Source of the DNA: the human T2T-CHM13v2.0 reference genome, Homo sapiens
NCBI RefSeq assembly: GCF_009914755.1
Contig: NC_060937.1
DNA: 64,000 bases
Direction: 5' to 3' (one strand)
Below the pieces are notes generated by a model. That model made no database searches and was not told the origin of the DNA. It worked only from the letters and a program-made list of their open reading frames with translations. This document shows, one piece after another, positions 37,821-51,559 of the stretch; the stretch's first letter is position 1, and the number at the start of each line of letters is the position of its first letter. The position numbers were made by a program, and so were the translations under genes.

Positions 37821-38386
37821 TAGTAGGCAGCTTCTGAAATGGCCTTCAATAATCCCCACATCCTGGTGTTCAGGCCCTTGTATAATCCCCTGCCCTTGAA
37901 GATGGACTGGACCAAGTAATTCAACTTACTGTTGAATAGAATAGGATAACGTTGATGAGATGTTATCATTCTTCTGAGTTTAGATTAGATTACAAAAGGA
38001 TTGTATCTTCCTTCTTGCCTGGTCTTTCTCTTACTCACTCTGAAGCAGCTATCATCTTCTGAACTGCCCTCTAGAGAGGGCCATATGGCAAGAAACTGAG
38101 GGAACCTCTAGCAACAACCAATGAGAAACTGAGGCCCTCAGTCCAACCACTGTGAGAAACTGAAATCCGCAACAACCACGTAAGTGAGCGGGACAGCATC
38201 CTGCCCCAGTGAGGCCTAAGTACAGACTGAAGCCCTGACCCACACCTAGATTCGTGCTGAGAGAAACCCTCAGCTAGAGTTGTGCATGAGTTCTTTACCC
38301 ACAGACACTGTAGATAACAAGTGTTTGTAGTTTTAAGCCAGTAAGTTTGGCAGTAACTTGTCATGCAGCAATAAATAATTAATATA
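37821..38386 (+). mobile_element. MLT1F-type solo LTR
   Basis: ataatccccacatcctggtgttcaggcccttgtataatcccc...gagagggccatatggcaagaaactgagg...tttaagcca...catgcagcaataaataattaata. Confidence 0.85.
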
Positions 38387-38589
38387 CCAATTATTTCCTA
38401 TTGACATATGAAATATACTAGGAAAAGACTGTGATGATTCCACCCATGAATAAAGGGCATGGTTAAAGTAGGTTTTCATACAAATAACCTCATGTGGCTG
38501 GCAACATAAGTGTAGAAAAGTGAGACTAAGGTGTAGGAGACTGAAATGTGAATATAGGGTTAAAAAGTAATAAATTACAAAAAGCAATA

Positions 38590-38961
38590 AGATGTGGTTT
38601 GGCTGTGTCCCCACCTAAATCTCATCTTGAAATGTAATCTGAATTGTAATCTCCATGTGTCGAGGCACGGACCTGATGGGAGGTGACTGGGTCATGGGGG
38701 TGTTTTCTCCATGCTATTCTCATGATAGTGAGTTCTCACAAGATCTGGTCGTTTGATAAGCATCTGGCACTTCCCCCTTCTCACTCGCTTGCCTGCCACC
38801 CTGTAAGATTTGCCTTGCTTCCCCTTCACCTTCTGCTAAGATTGTAAGTTTCCTGAGGCCTCCTCAGCCATGTGGAACTGTGAGTCAATTAAAACTCTTT
38901 TCTTTATAAATTACCCAGTCTTGGGCAATTCTTTATGGCAGTGTGAAAATGGACTAATATA
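38590..38961 (+). mobile_element. THE1D-like solo LTR
   Basis: gatgtggtttggctgtgtccccacc...gattgtaagtttcctgaggcctcc...gcagtgtgaaaatggactaata. TSD caata/caatg. Confidence 0.9.
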
Positions 38962-38984
38962 CAATGTCTATAATTTATTTTTAA

Positions 38985-39369
38985 ATAACAAATTTTGACA
39001 AAGATACAGAGAAATTGAAAAACTTCATACATTACTAGTGGAAATGTAAAATGGTGCAATACTTGTGGAAAAGAGTTTGGGAGGTTCCTCAAAAAGTTAA
39101 ATATAGAATTTTCATTTGATTCCAGCAGTTCCACTTCTAGGTGTATACCCACGAGAAGCAAAAACATGAATGTTCATATCAGCGTTACTCATAATAAAGA
39201 GTAGAAACAATCCAAGTGTCCAACAACAGATGAACGGATAAACAAAATGTGGCACATCCATACAACAGAATATTATTCGGCCAAATAAAGGAATGAAGGA
39301 TTGATACATGCTATAATATGGATGAACCTTGAAAACACTATACTAAGTAAAATGAGCCAAAACAAAAAG

Positions 39370-39407
<38 letters not shown>

Positions 39408-39672
39408 TCAATGTACATAAAATATCCAAAACAGGCAAATTCACACAGACAGAAAGTAGATTACTGGCTGCCAGAGCTGGAGGGAAGGAGGAATGTGGCA
39501 TGACTGCTTAACAGGTATAAGAGCTTCTTTTTGGAGTGATAAAAATATTCTGGAATCCCTGGCAATGGTTAAACAACACTATGAATATACTAAAACCCAT
39601 TGAATTGTATACTTTAACATGATTAAAATTGTGAATTTAATCTTGAAGGAATTTTATCTCAATTTTTTTAAA
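38985..39672 (+). mobile_element. L1MB-type 3' end
   Basis: ggaaatgtaaaatggtgca...ttcctcaaaaagttaaatatagaatt...atggatgaaccttgaaaacac...gacagaaagtagatta...tgaattgtatacttta. Confidence 0.88.
39372..39404. repeat. (TA)n microsatellite, about 16 units
   Basis: Pure TA run read directly. Confidence 0.95.
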
Positions 39673-40405
39673 AGGCAGTTCAGATGGAATGACATAAGGG
39701 ATAACAGAATGAAACAAAACTGAAGAAAAAGCTATTATTTGTTATTCTCCTCCTAAGAGCTGCTGCCCCCCACCCCTTGGCTTGGTGCAGTCACAAATCT
39801 AATAAAGTCCAACAGTGCCACACAAGCTGATTGTGTGGGGATTAACCCATCTGATGCATCATACTACTGCAAAACAGCCCAATTGTAACTGCTTCTAAGC
39901 AGCAATATATCCTCATTAAAGAGCAAAACCACTTCTTCCCTAAATCATCTGAAGATTTTCTGTTTCAATGTTAGGGTATATTAAAGCCAAAGATTTTTCT
40001 TTTAATTTCTTTCCATGTAAAACTTTACAGGGGTCAAACATTTTATTATTTTTCGATAATTCCCTAATGGGATTTTGTACATAACCTACTAGATAGAAAT
40101 TTTTAAGTGCTTGAAGAAAAACTAAAAGCCTGCCATTAGGTCATAAAAGTAGAAAAGAACATTCCTTTGAATGAGATCATTTAATCAGGAACCTCAAAAG
40201 AAGAAAATCTGACATGTAAAGAATGGCTCATTTTGGTATTTTTTAGGAAGGAGTTCTCTGAAGCTAAGAAGGGATTTATTAGGTTTTCACACATCTAATA
40301 TTTCAATATATAGATTACAAACTTTTTCATCTCTGGTTCTGGATTCCTTCTCTCAGACTTCATATCTAAACTATCTCTGAATCTGAGACTGGTTTTGTTG
40401 CCTTT

Positions 40406-41259
40406 AAAATGTGTGAGTTCCCTTATCCCCCTTGCAGGATGTGCGGCAGGGGTGTGGCTTGCTCCTTCAGTCCGCCCCCCTGCTCAAACTCCTAGGGGGA
40501 GCATGCAGATGGGCAGGTGCAGAGGCCTTGGGGAGCACCTTTGGGCTCTGGTCCCATGGCAGCATCTAGAGTAGGTGTCTGTGACTCCTGAAGCCTAAGT
40601 AGTCTTGCATTACAGTGTGTTCTTTCAGCTTTTCCATCTGCAGATGGCTTGTGTTCATAGCTCAATAGATCCTCTGCCTTATAGCAAGGGCAGAGGGCCA
40701 GTGTGACAGCTTTCTGTATCCTGAGCTATTGCCCAGTATACCAGAAAAATCAGATAACATGTGGGCTCAAAGGATGAGTGCAAGGTTTTATTGAGTGGTA
40801 GAGGTGGCTCTCAGTAAGTCGGATGGATGAGGAGCTGGAAGCGGGGGATGGCGTGGGAAGGTGATCTTCCCATGGAGTCGGGGTGCCCAGTGGCCAGATT
40901 CTTTTTGGACCACCCCCAGCCAAATTCTTCTCAGTATCCAGACGTCCCTCCTCTTCTTTCTCTGCCACCTCATTCTGCCATCGCTGGTCTGCCAGTGTCT
41001 GCTGGTGTCTGTCCATGTGGTCCTCTGTTCCTCTCGATGTTCAGTCACTTGTGTCTGTGCCTGCTAAGGTCTCAGGTTTATATGCGCACAGGATGGGGGG
41101 CATGGTGGGCCAGAGTGGTCTTGGAAAAGGCAACATTTGGGCACGAAAACAGGACTGCTTATTCTCACTTAGGTTCATGGGCACAGGTCCGAGGGTGGAG
41201 CCCTTGCCAGGGACCCTGCCCTTCTCTACCCAGCACTTCCCTGCCCTCCTCCCATACCA
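40406..41259 (-). mobile_element. ERV1 MER50-family solo LTR
   Basis: Minus strand starts tggtatgggaggagggcagggaagtgctgggtagagaaggg...gttttcgtgcccaaatgttgcctttt...tataaa, has aataaa near 40790, and ends agccacacccctg...gggggataagggaac. Confidence 0.8.
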
Positions 41260-42304
41260 TCATAATCATAATGGCAAGTTTTCTTTAGTCCAATTTTTCT
41301 ATCAAAGCCTTCACCTAGATTTTTTTGAATAGTTCCTAATTGGATCCCTACCTCAAGTCTATCTGCCAGGATCAGCTTGCTCAAATCCTTACTCTGAAAT
41401 CAAGTGGTTTTTCTAAAATGTAAATATAATAGGTCATTTCAGATATTCTCATTTACTATAGGAAGTTATCTCTTGCTGGGCCATTAAAACAATTTAGTGG
41501 CTCTCAAATATGACTTTTTGTTCAATGAAATCTAGAAAAGACTAGAAAATTAGAAAAGGAAAGGGAAGGAAAACAAGAGAAAAAATGAAAGGCAAGACTT
41601 AATGAGAAAGTCTTGTGTCAGGAAATGTATTTTAATTACGGTTAAACAATTGTTTAATTGCAGTTTGTTTAGAATTTCTTACCATCAGTCAGAGTCAGGA
41701 AAGCTTGAAAGCTACTACTGGACAAGGTTAAAACCAAATTTTAGCCTGATTTATAACACCCACTTCAACTGGCTTTTTCCTGCCTTTCCAGTCATCAGCC
41801 TTTTCTTTCGCTCGCTCAACCGTGCTTTTTGATCACAATGCCTTTGATATTCAAAGACAGTCTTCCCCTATATTGTTTGGCACATATATCTGCTTATCCT
41901 TCAGGAGGCAGTTCAGATGTTTTCTCTACAGAGAGCTGCCCAACTTCCAGGCAGGATGCAACACTTCCTGTTCCAAGCTGCCATCAACGTTACAAGATCC
42001 GTCATCACATTGTCATCATTTTCTGATAAGCTTGCATTTCTAAACCTTCTAAAAGTCAGAATTCTGAAAAAGGACTTATCTAATTTGTAATGTGTTTGAT
42101 AAATTAATATAAAATAGGAATTGATAGAGGTTAAATGTCTTCATATATTTATATACCATTATACTGCCTCTTGATTAAATTATTCCATCAGAGCCTTTTC
42201 TACTTATGCCATAAGAATTAGCAATTGCTTGTGAGCATTATTATTCATCACTAATTACATAGATTGACACTGCTTCTCATCCTGTGGCTTACGTCCTAGT
42301 CTAG

Positions 42305-42531
42305 CATTACTGGAGTAAATTTCAAGCAGTAGTTCTGCAGCCAAGAGCCCACATTCAAAGCCCAACTCCACAACTTTCTAGCTGTGACTTCAGGCAAATT
42401 ACACAGCAGCTTTTTGCTTCAGGTGCCTCATCTGATAAGAATAGTAAGGTTTAAATTATTTAATACCTATAAAGAACATAGAACAGTCCCAGCATATAGT
42501 AAATGGCCAATAAATATTAGCTATAGTTATT
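42305..42531 (+). mobile_element. MIR SINE
   Basis: ctagctgtgacttcaggcaaattac...cctcatctg...agaacagtcccagcatatagtaaatggccaataaatattagcta. Confidence 0.8.
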
Positions 42532-43204
42532 ACCCGAGTAACAGGCAGAAAATCAATGCTAATAAGTTAGAGCTTTGCCCTAATGACTGTCGATGTTTTT
42601 AAAAAACACAATTTAATTTATCTGAGCACCCCATTTGTTCTCTCTGTCGTCAGCTCCTTAATATGTCTAACACACATTCCCACCAGTAGTCACAGGGCTT
42701 CTTGTACTATTTCAAATTCACCTACTCTGGAATTAACAACCTACTTCTTTGACTTGCCACCCATGATGTATATGATAGAGTCTCAATTTTAAGTCAAATC
42801 AGGTCAAATATACTCTCAAATATTGAGGAGGAAAAGATTGAGCTATTTCCTCGATAGAAGGATGAGGTAATAAATAGACTCAGTTTTTTTGTTGTTTTTG
42901 TTGGTTTATTTGGTGAAGATTGCATCCCTTATGTTTGAGAACTGGTAAGTATGCAGATTGCTAGACAGTCATAAAATAGATTTATTAATTTGCAGGCATT
43001 AATCACGTTTTATTCTTTAACCTGGCAAATGGTTTATACAAGTGCCACTTTGAGTTCATTTTACTGTGCCCTTTTGACTTGTGAATGCTGTATTTCAATA
43101 AAAGTTTGTTTAAAAAAAACTATTTATCCCAGGGATTAATGCACTATTAATGTTTGTCCTATATCTGTAAAGGTTGTTCTGTCTGTTGCCATAGTATATT
43201 CAGT

Positions 43205-44290
43205 GAGAGGGAGCTTATCTCAATTTTCTCCCCAAGAATACTTTCCCTTGATAAGCCAACCACAATACTCTCCACTCAATTTCCCAAACTAGAAACCAAA
43301 TTAAAAATTGATTCCCTATTTCCTTTATCATAAATATCCAATCAGTTATTAAGTCTAGTTAACTCTATTTCTAAATATCTCTCAGTGCCACTAAAATGCC
43401 TTTTTATTCCCAACATCCATGCTCTAACCCTGGCTCTCAGCATTTTTTTTATTTGGATTATTATACATGCCTTTGGACTTAAATTTCAGGCTTGTGGTGG
43501 TCTCCAACCCATCCTCCATAAAGCTGCCAGAGGGTCCTTCTTAAGAATCACACCTAATCACAAAGTTTATATACTTAGTTTTTCCATTACCTACAGAACC
43601 AAGTATACACTCCTTAGAAGGATATGTTCAGTTCTTCCAAGATGATTCTAGTCTACCTTCCCAAAGTCATTTCCACCCACTCATTATCCACCCTAGGTTC
43701 TGTTACATGTACATTTCTATCCATTTCCCAAAACTTCAATGTACGTTCACATCTTTGTTCATTCTGTTTCTCCACTTAGCATAATCCTGCTCATCCTTCA
43801 AGGTTCAGTTCAACTATTTCCTCTGAGGCTTTCTCTTACCTGCCCTGCATTTCCCGAGAGCATAATTAACCTTATATATATCCTCACTACCCTAAGATTC
43901 CCTTTATACTTTTAGTATAGCATTACCATACAATGTTGTAGTTGTTTACATATTCATTTATGCAAAAAAGGTTTTTGCATCAGTTATGTGCCAGGTTCTC
44001 TGCTAATTCCTTCAAATTTAATCATAAGCAAGATAGGTACAGAGTTTGTCCTATTTTACCTTCTAGACTAAGCTGCTTATGGTTGGTTAGAGAATATGTC
44101 TTGTTTATCTTTGTATCCTCAGGTTAGATTAGAGCCTAGCATCTAATTAGTATAATTTCAATCAAATGTATGCTCTCTCAGCAATAGAGACTCGTACCAT
44201 CAGTATCTAGAATAGACTCTGGCACATAGTAGTTTCTGAATAATGCAAACATTAATAAGTGTTTGTTTAACAATTCAACCAATTAAATAA
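43205..44290 (+). mobile_element. L2 3' region with several tail fragments
   Basis: atatccaatcagttattaagtc...atcctccataaagctgccagag...ctcatccttcaaggttcagttcaa...tgtcttgtttatctttgtatcc...tggcacatagtag. Confidence 0.75.
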
Positions 44291-45099
44291 ATTTTATTTT
44301 CCATGTCAGTGTCAGTACCATATCCATATCCTGGATTATTTTCTAAATAATATCAAACAATGCTTTGCTAAATGAACTCATTTTCAATAGTTCTCTGCTA
44401 TTGAATTGTATCAGTGTCGAAATTAAAATAAAGACCGGAAATATTTCTAATTGGCATGCATCTTCCAGAATCAAAATTCCATTGCGGAGTTACTTAAGTT
44501 TAGGATAGCAAGTAGGCCTGCTGACCAGATTTTTCAATGGGAGCCCCTGCTTCTTCCTTCCCATAAGCATTACTGATGTCCTGTGTCTAGTGACTCAGAC
44601 TGCCTGGTTTTCAAAACAATCCATACTAAATGAAGCAGTCTATCAGCAACCTCTCCTAGCGACCCGTGGCCTACTATGACTTGGGTGAAATATGGTTTCT
44701 TGTTTGAACACTGGGTCATTGTTTCTACTTTCCCAGGCTATCCTACTACCTTGATAATTCAGTTATCAATTATGACTGAAGCTTTGATTTGAAACATTGG
44801 CCATCAGGCTTAAAACAAATTCCTGTCTTAGAAACAGAATTTTGCAGCTTAAGGACTCAACTCTGTAGCTGAATCCATTTATCTCAGTAGCCTATTCTGC
44901 TTGGTCCTAATTTCCATCCGATTTCTATCAGTTTATATTTCTACAATTTGATGATTGTTTTATTAAAATAAGGCAATTAATACAGATTAGCCTAGTATGA
45001 CTTAACTACTGCCACTACCACATATTTTCTTCCAAATAAATGTGATATTGTTGAAAAATTAAATGCCCATGTGCTTTATGGGATATGTCTCAAGCCACA

Positions 45100-45462
45100 G
45101 AGTGAGTGAGTGTTAATTGCTCCAAAACAATTATTAGTGATTCCATTTCCACTGTCGGCAAGCTTGTGTGTGATGCATCCCTAGCCAATGAGGCAAAGGG
45201 TCAATCTATTGGAGGGCTTCAAGGAAAATGTACCTTCAAGGGCAAGAAACAGGGACCTGTACCTCTCTAATTTCGGAAGTTGTAGATGATATAATGCTTG
45301 AAGCTGCAGTAGTCAACTTGCCAGCATGAACAACACCCAAGAGAATTTCTGAGACACTGAGCTGGAGCTGAAACAAACCTGTAACCCCTTCAGCGTGCCT
45401 CATTGCTTAAGTCCATCTTAGTTGGTTATTGTGTATTCACAGCCCAAAACATCCTAACCCAT
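45100..45462 (+). mobile_element. Old MLT1 (J/K-like) LTR fragment
   Basis: tagccaatgagg...atgcttgaagctgcagtagtcaacttg...gcttaagtcca...tagttgg...cagcccaaaacatcctaac. Confidence 0.5.
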
Positions 45463-45636
45463 GAATTCCAGCTCCAATACAAGCCTGAGAGTAAACTAGA
45501 TTGGATCCAAGTTTCCTTCAAAAGTTGCAAACACACATAGGGAGAATATGTTAACTCTTAAAGTAGAAGAAGAATGTGTGTTTTTGGGGAGCTCAGAGAG
45601 GTGTATGAACAAATAGGAATATTTAAGCTACCATGA

Positions 45637-45960
45637 GGACTTCTGCTCTGGACAAGCTGGTATAGACCTATTTCGCCCTGTCTCCCCAACTCAGTGCAAC
45701 GATAAACCCTAGAAATAATGTACAAGGCGATCAAAGAAAATGTCTAAAAGATGGTAAAAAGACACACTAATTTGGGACTCCAAGACTGGAAGAACAACTC
45801 AGCAGCCAGGCATATTATTTCCCCTCTCCTAACAGAAGGCGGCCAACCAGACTCGGCATTTCCAATCCTCGACATAGAGACAGGAGGCAGCCCAGATAGG
45901 CCCATTCTTCTCCTCGACTCCTCAGGAGCCCCAGGGAAAACACCAGGCAAACCCAAGCCA
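45637..45960 (+). mobile_element. Possible old L1M 5'UTR start
   Basis: gacttctgctctggacaagctgg resembles the L1M 5' start gacttccg...ggccaagatgg, followed by caacgataaaccctagaaataat. Confidence 0.4.
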
Positions 45961-45999
45961 CTCATAACAAGTTTCCATCAGAAACCCTTCTAACAATTA

Positions 46000-46548
46000 G
46001 CAGCCAGGCAACAACTTAGATGAATCTCCAGTGAATTGCAATGAGTGGACAGAAAAAAAAAAAAAAAAAAAGCCAAACCCCCAGAAGTCGCATACGACAT
46101 GATTCCATTCCATTTATAACATTTTTGAAACAAAAGAATTTTAGAAATGGTCAAACAGATTGTGGTTGCAAGGACTTGGGGGAAGGAACATAGAGGGAGG
46201 TAGGAGAAGGCATATAAAGAGATCCTTGCAGTAATGCAACTGTTCAACATTTTGATGATGGATACATATACCTGCACATGTGATAAAGTTGTGTAGAACT
46301 ATACACCACCCCCCAATACATGCACACACAAATGAGTACAAGCTAAACTGAAATAATCTGAATAAGATTCATGGATTGGATCAAGTCCAATATCCTAGTT
46401 GTGATGCTGTTCTATAGTTTTGTAAAATGTCACCACTGGGGAGAACCAGATAAAGGATACAGGAGGTCTCTCTGTATTTATTATTTGTACAACTTCATGT
46501 AAATCTACAATCATCTTAATAAAAGTTTCATTTAAAAAAAAAAAAACA
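46000..46548 (+). mobile_element. L1MC/MD-type 3'UTR with poly(A)
   Basis: gcaacaacttagatgaatctc...ttttagaaatgg...acagattgtggttgc...caatatcctagttgtgat...catgtaaatctacaat...aataaaag...A13. Confidence 0.85.
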
Positions 46549-48087
46549 CAAAGAAGGATCTGCAGCCCTGTTTTTCAGTCTATTACTCTTACTTTAGGAA
46601 TCTCTGGGATGACTGGGCTCATTTTAGAAATACCCAAGAAATACAGGAGTTCTCTAGGTTAACCTCGATATACCTGTCAACCCATCTCTTCCCAGAAATG
46701 TCTAAAAAGGTCCAGGTAACTCTGAAGAATCTGTTTTGTCAAACTTTTTTTCCCTTTGGCCCATGTGTATTTGGTCTTCTGCTTTCAGGACAGTTCTTGA
46801 GGGTGGCAAGGCTGTATTTGACTGTGTACCATTTTCTACCACATCCTAAGTATTTCAGTAAACATAATTAACTTGTTGGGGGAAAAAAGCTGGAGGGATA
46901 AAGAGATAATGAAAGAAGTTTACAGTGAACATTACAGCTGTGAATAAAACTGTGAAGTGTTGTGCTAATTAGGTGAAAGAGTTGCCAAGAAGTCCTGACA
47001 AAGATGATACCATGTATCCTGAGCCAGCCATATGCAGCTTTTTCAATGTCAACTAATGTAAACCATGCATCATCTTTCATTTGCAGGCACATAAGTCACA
47101 CCCCATGTAAATCAACATCAATATTGTAAATGATCAGGGCATGATGAGTTGCAGAGTCAGACATAGGTATCTTACTTTTCTAAACAACTTTCATTTGGAA
47201 ACTCCTTTCTATTTTTGCATGCTTTCCTTCTGCCTCGCCAACTGGAACTGAATCGGGTGGAACACACCCTGAAGGGCTCAGTGAGAGCTACTTCTAGTAT
47301 CAATTCATTTCTCCCTCATTCCCAGAAGATTTCAGGGGGCGATAACCTTCCCACTTCAAGAGAGGAATTAAACAAATAAGATTTGGTTCTTCCCAAAGTT
47401 CATATATTGAATTGCAGATGAAGAAAGCTATTGCAGGCTCTGACATGCCAGATCAGTGACAATAACTTTCTACATAATAGTTTTCTTTAGGCAAAATTAT
47501 AGAGTCAGGTCTAATTTGTAATTCTTTAGGTAACGCATTTGATTTTGCTTTTCGCTTATTATTTGATCCACTTATTTTCCTAAAGAATCTGTTGGCTTAT
47601 GCAAGTCAAAGTGAAATATAAATAAGTAAGGCAACTACCTGGATAAACCTAGAACAATAAACTTTCCTCACTATTGTCTACATAATCAGCTTAATATTTT
47701 ACTTTGTTATCACACAGTGCATGGGACCGATGATGTTAAAAAATATGGAGTCACATTGCAAACAATCATTGTGTTCTGGCCTGCAGTGTGAACTACAGTC
47801 TGGTGTTTTTGACTGGCAGGAAAATACAAAAGAAGCTACCATTTAATTCTGCTTAAGGTTATAATTCAATAAGTCACAACACCTCCTGAGGCCACTAAAC
47901 CAAAGTCCTGGTGGTTATTCAATTTATGACTTTTTGTCAATCTTTCTCTCAATTTATTTCTAAACCACTATTGACATAAGATCTAAAAATTGGATTAAAA
48001 AAAACCCAAAGGCCATGTGGATACCTGTTTTAAGGCTGTCAGTGAAAGCCACTTTTATGAATATACTATACCCATGGCAGAAATTTA

Positions 48088-48438
<351 letters not shown>

Positions 48439-49535
48439 CTATTTATGAATTCAGCTAAAAGATCCATAAAACTAAAGTATTCTACCTAGTAATTTTCTGT
48501 CATTGTATTGTTTATTATAAGTTTCTGGTTCACTAGTACTGTAATGTGCCACAATTACTTAAGCTATATCTTTAATTAAGCATTAATAAAATATGAGTTG
48601 GATAATTATTCTAGCAATTTTATTATATAATTAGTGAATAAGTTAACATAAAATTGCATTATGAGATTTCATATAAAATTTAGTATGTACATATGAGTAG
48701 CTTAATTTAATGACAAATCATCCTCAAAAAAACAAAAATAAGAGGGACTTTTCTGAGTCAGTGTTCCCTTATTTCTAGAAATGATTCTCAAGAAGAAAAA
48801 CTTAAAATAATCAATTCTGAAATGTTAGAAGTGAAAGTAACTGTGTACATCTGTGGTTTTTGTTTTCACACTGTACCAGGGGCTCTGCTTCCCAAACTCC
48901 TCTACTAGAAGAACTGTCACACGTAGGTTACAGTACACCTTTGTTATAGAGATGGGGTCACATTCAAAGCCAAGGAGCATTTAAGCTATCTGACCAGTCA
49001 TCCCACCTTTCAGAAGTAAGGCTGGCTCCCCAGCTTTCAATTAGTACTGGTCTCTCTCTCCTACTTACTTCAGCTACTATATAGTAGAAAACATTAATTC
49101 TTTAATAATGTGATAAAATAAAATATTCATGAAGACTTTTGCTGAAGGAATTTAAATCAGTGTTAGAATATTCCTTTGAAAAGCAATGACCACAACATAA
49201 CAAAATGAGTAAGAGGAAAAAGAGGAAAAAATAAAGTTAAATATAATATGGACAAGCATAGAGTAAACTGGTGACATAGAAGTAGAAGAAATCCCTGGTT
49301 ACTTGTTGATTAAAGATACTATCATAAATTGGATTCATGTTTGGTTCTACCTCTGGAATATCAAATTTTGGCATATTCACATATCTATTTCTTTTGCAGT
49401 ATAAAAACAAAGTTTTAATTAATTTAGCATTTTAATTATTTCTGTAAGTCTCTCATTATTTTCCTTGAGGCAATTTTATGGCCACTGTTATATTTAATTT
49501 TTCCAAGTAAGATTTATATAATTTTCTCATGTTTG

Positions 49536-49880
<345 letters not shown>

Positions 49881-50339
49881 TAAATAAAAGCGAGAATTGC
49901 CTTTTTTATAACTTATATACTATTCAATCTTCTCTAAGAATAAGGTATATTTTTCAATTATTTAATAAATGAATGGATAGCTAAGGTTCTTTACTTAAAC
50001 TTACGTATTTCTCGTTCAACTTATTCTTTGGTGTTTTGTTGCAATTTTGTGTACATATGTTTCTGTGTGGATGTGTGGGTGTGTTTGTAACTAGCACTGT
50101 TATTTTCTTGTTTCTAATAGATTTTCAGTTGATGCTCTTCAATTATTAAAACACATTACTTACATAGGATGCTTTTAACTTTACTTTCTAACATGTTTAC
50201 TTATTTTTCTCTTGTTCAGTTGTATCAGTTCACAATTCCAGAGAGAAAAAGTTATAGAAGTGATGAAAGCATACTTTACTTGGCATTAGGACATCCCCTA
50301 AGTGTTTGCCATTAAGCATAATGGCTTCTGTTTGATCTA

Positions 50340-50372
50340 CATGCACGCGCGCACACACACAGACACACACGT
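50340..50372. repeat. Alternating purine-pyrimidine tract (GC)n(CA)n
   Basis: atgcacgcgcgcacacacacagacacacacgtg. Confidence 0.75.
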
Positions 50373-51329
50373 GGATATATGTGTTTATATGTTATATATT
50401 TAAGATATTTATACATATATGTTATAAATAACTATCACTAAATCTATCACACACACATACCAGGAAGGGATATAAAAATATTCACACAAGTTTTAGGCAA
50501 TAGAAGTTGTTCTATCAAATGCTTTTTGGAGACACTATTGAAGTGATATGATTTTTATCTTATTAATATGGTGAATTGTATTAGCATACCTTCTAATAGT
50601 AAAGCATTACTGTATTCCTGAGATAAACCCCATTATTGGTGCTGCTTTATTCTTTTAATCCCATACTTAAGCACATTCTGTAGTTTTAAAGGTTTTGTAA
50701 TAGTGGTGGCACCTACACTTGCTGCTGTAACCAAAATGTTTATGCATATGTGTGTGAGTGAAAGTGTGTGTTATTTTCAGGTTTAGATTTCAAAGTGATA
50801 CTGTTCCTATTAAAATATGAAAAAATGAAGATTTTTCTTTCTTCTGCATGTCATTAAAAAGACAGACAAAAAGCAAACCCTGAAGGTTTAAAAATACTTA
50901 CATGTGAAATCATTTGAGGCCTGATTTTAATCAATTTCCTCTATGATTATCCATCTATTTGGATTTTTCCTCCCTTTCTGCCCTCATTTAGATAAAATAT
51001 ATTTTCAGATAATTCTCTGATCTGTAGATTCTTTCAAATGTGTTTGTATGCAGTTTTGCAAAGTATACTTTTCCGACTCTTAAGTTTCTTTTACATCTCT
51101 AGCTATTTCCTGGTATTCCATTTTAACATTCACTCACATTTTTCCTTGATTAGGCCACTTAGTGATGTATATACTTTATCGTATACAGGTATGTTTGTTT
51201 TCAAAGAACCAGCTGTTAGACTGGAAAACAAAAACCCACGAGAAAAATGAGTGGATAGAAACCAGGACCAGATTTCTCTGAATCAAAAAATAAAAACTCT
51301 TAAATGAGCTGCCTCTCTAGAACCACAAA

Positions 51330-51555
51330 TATAATAATAGCAAGTATTTATAAGGTGCTTTCCATGTATAAGGCACTATTTTAAGTGCTTTAAATAAGTT
51401 AACTCATTGGTCCTCACGACATCTCTATCAAATAGAACGATTACTATCCCCATTCTGAGATAAAGAACTAAGGCACCGAAAAATTACCAGTTCACAGAGC
51501 TGGTAAAAGGCAGTAGTTCAAAGTAGGGACATAAAAGCCCAAGGAAGCTGTGACA
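51330..51555 (-). mobile_element. MIR SINE
   Basis: ggcactattttaagtgctttaa...ttaactcattggtcctcacgaca...actatccccatt...agataaagaactaaggcac. Confidence 0.82.
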
Positions 51556-51559
51556 CAAG

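Noticed and set aside
40750-41332. Cluster of overlapping 68-153-aa ORFs on both strands
   Set aside because: They lie almost entirely in a GC-rich ERV1 LTR, where stop codons are rare, and resemble no protein.
46868-47092. 74-aa ATG-initiated minus-strand ORF in unique DNA
   Set aside because: No recognisable domain, promoter or splice context; length is within chance expectation.
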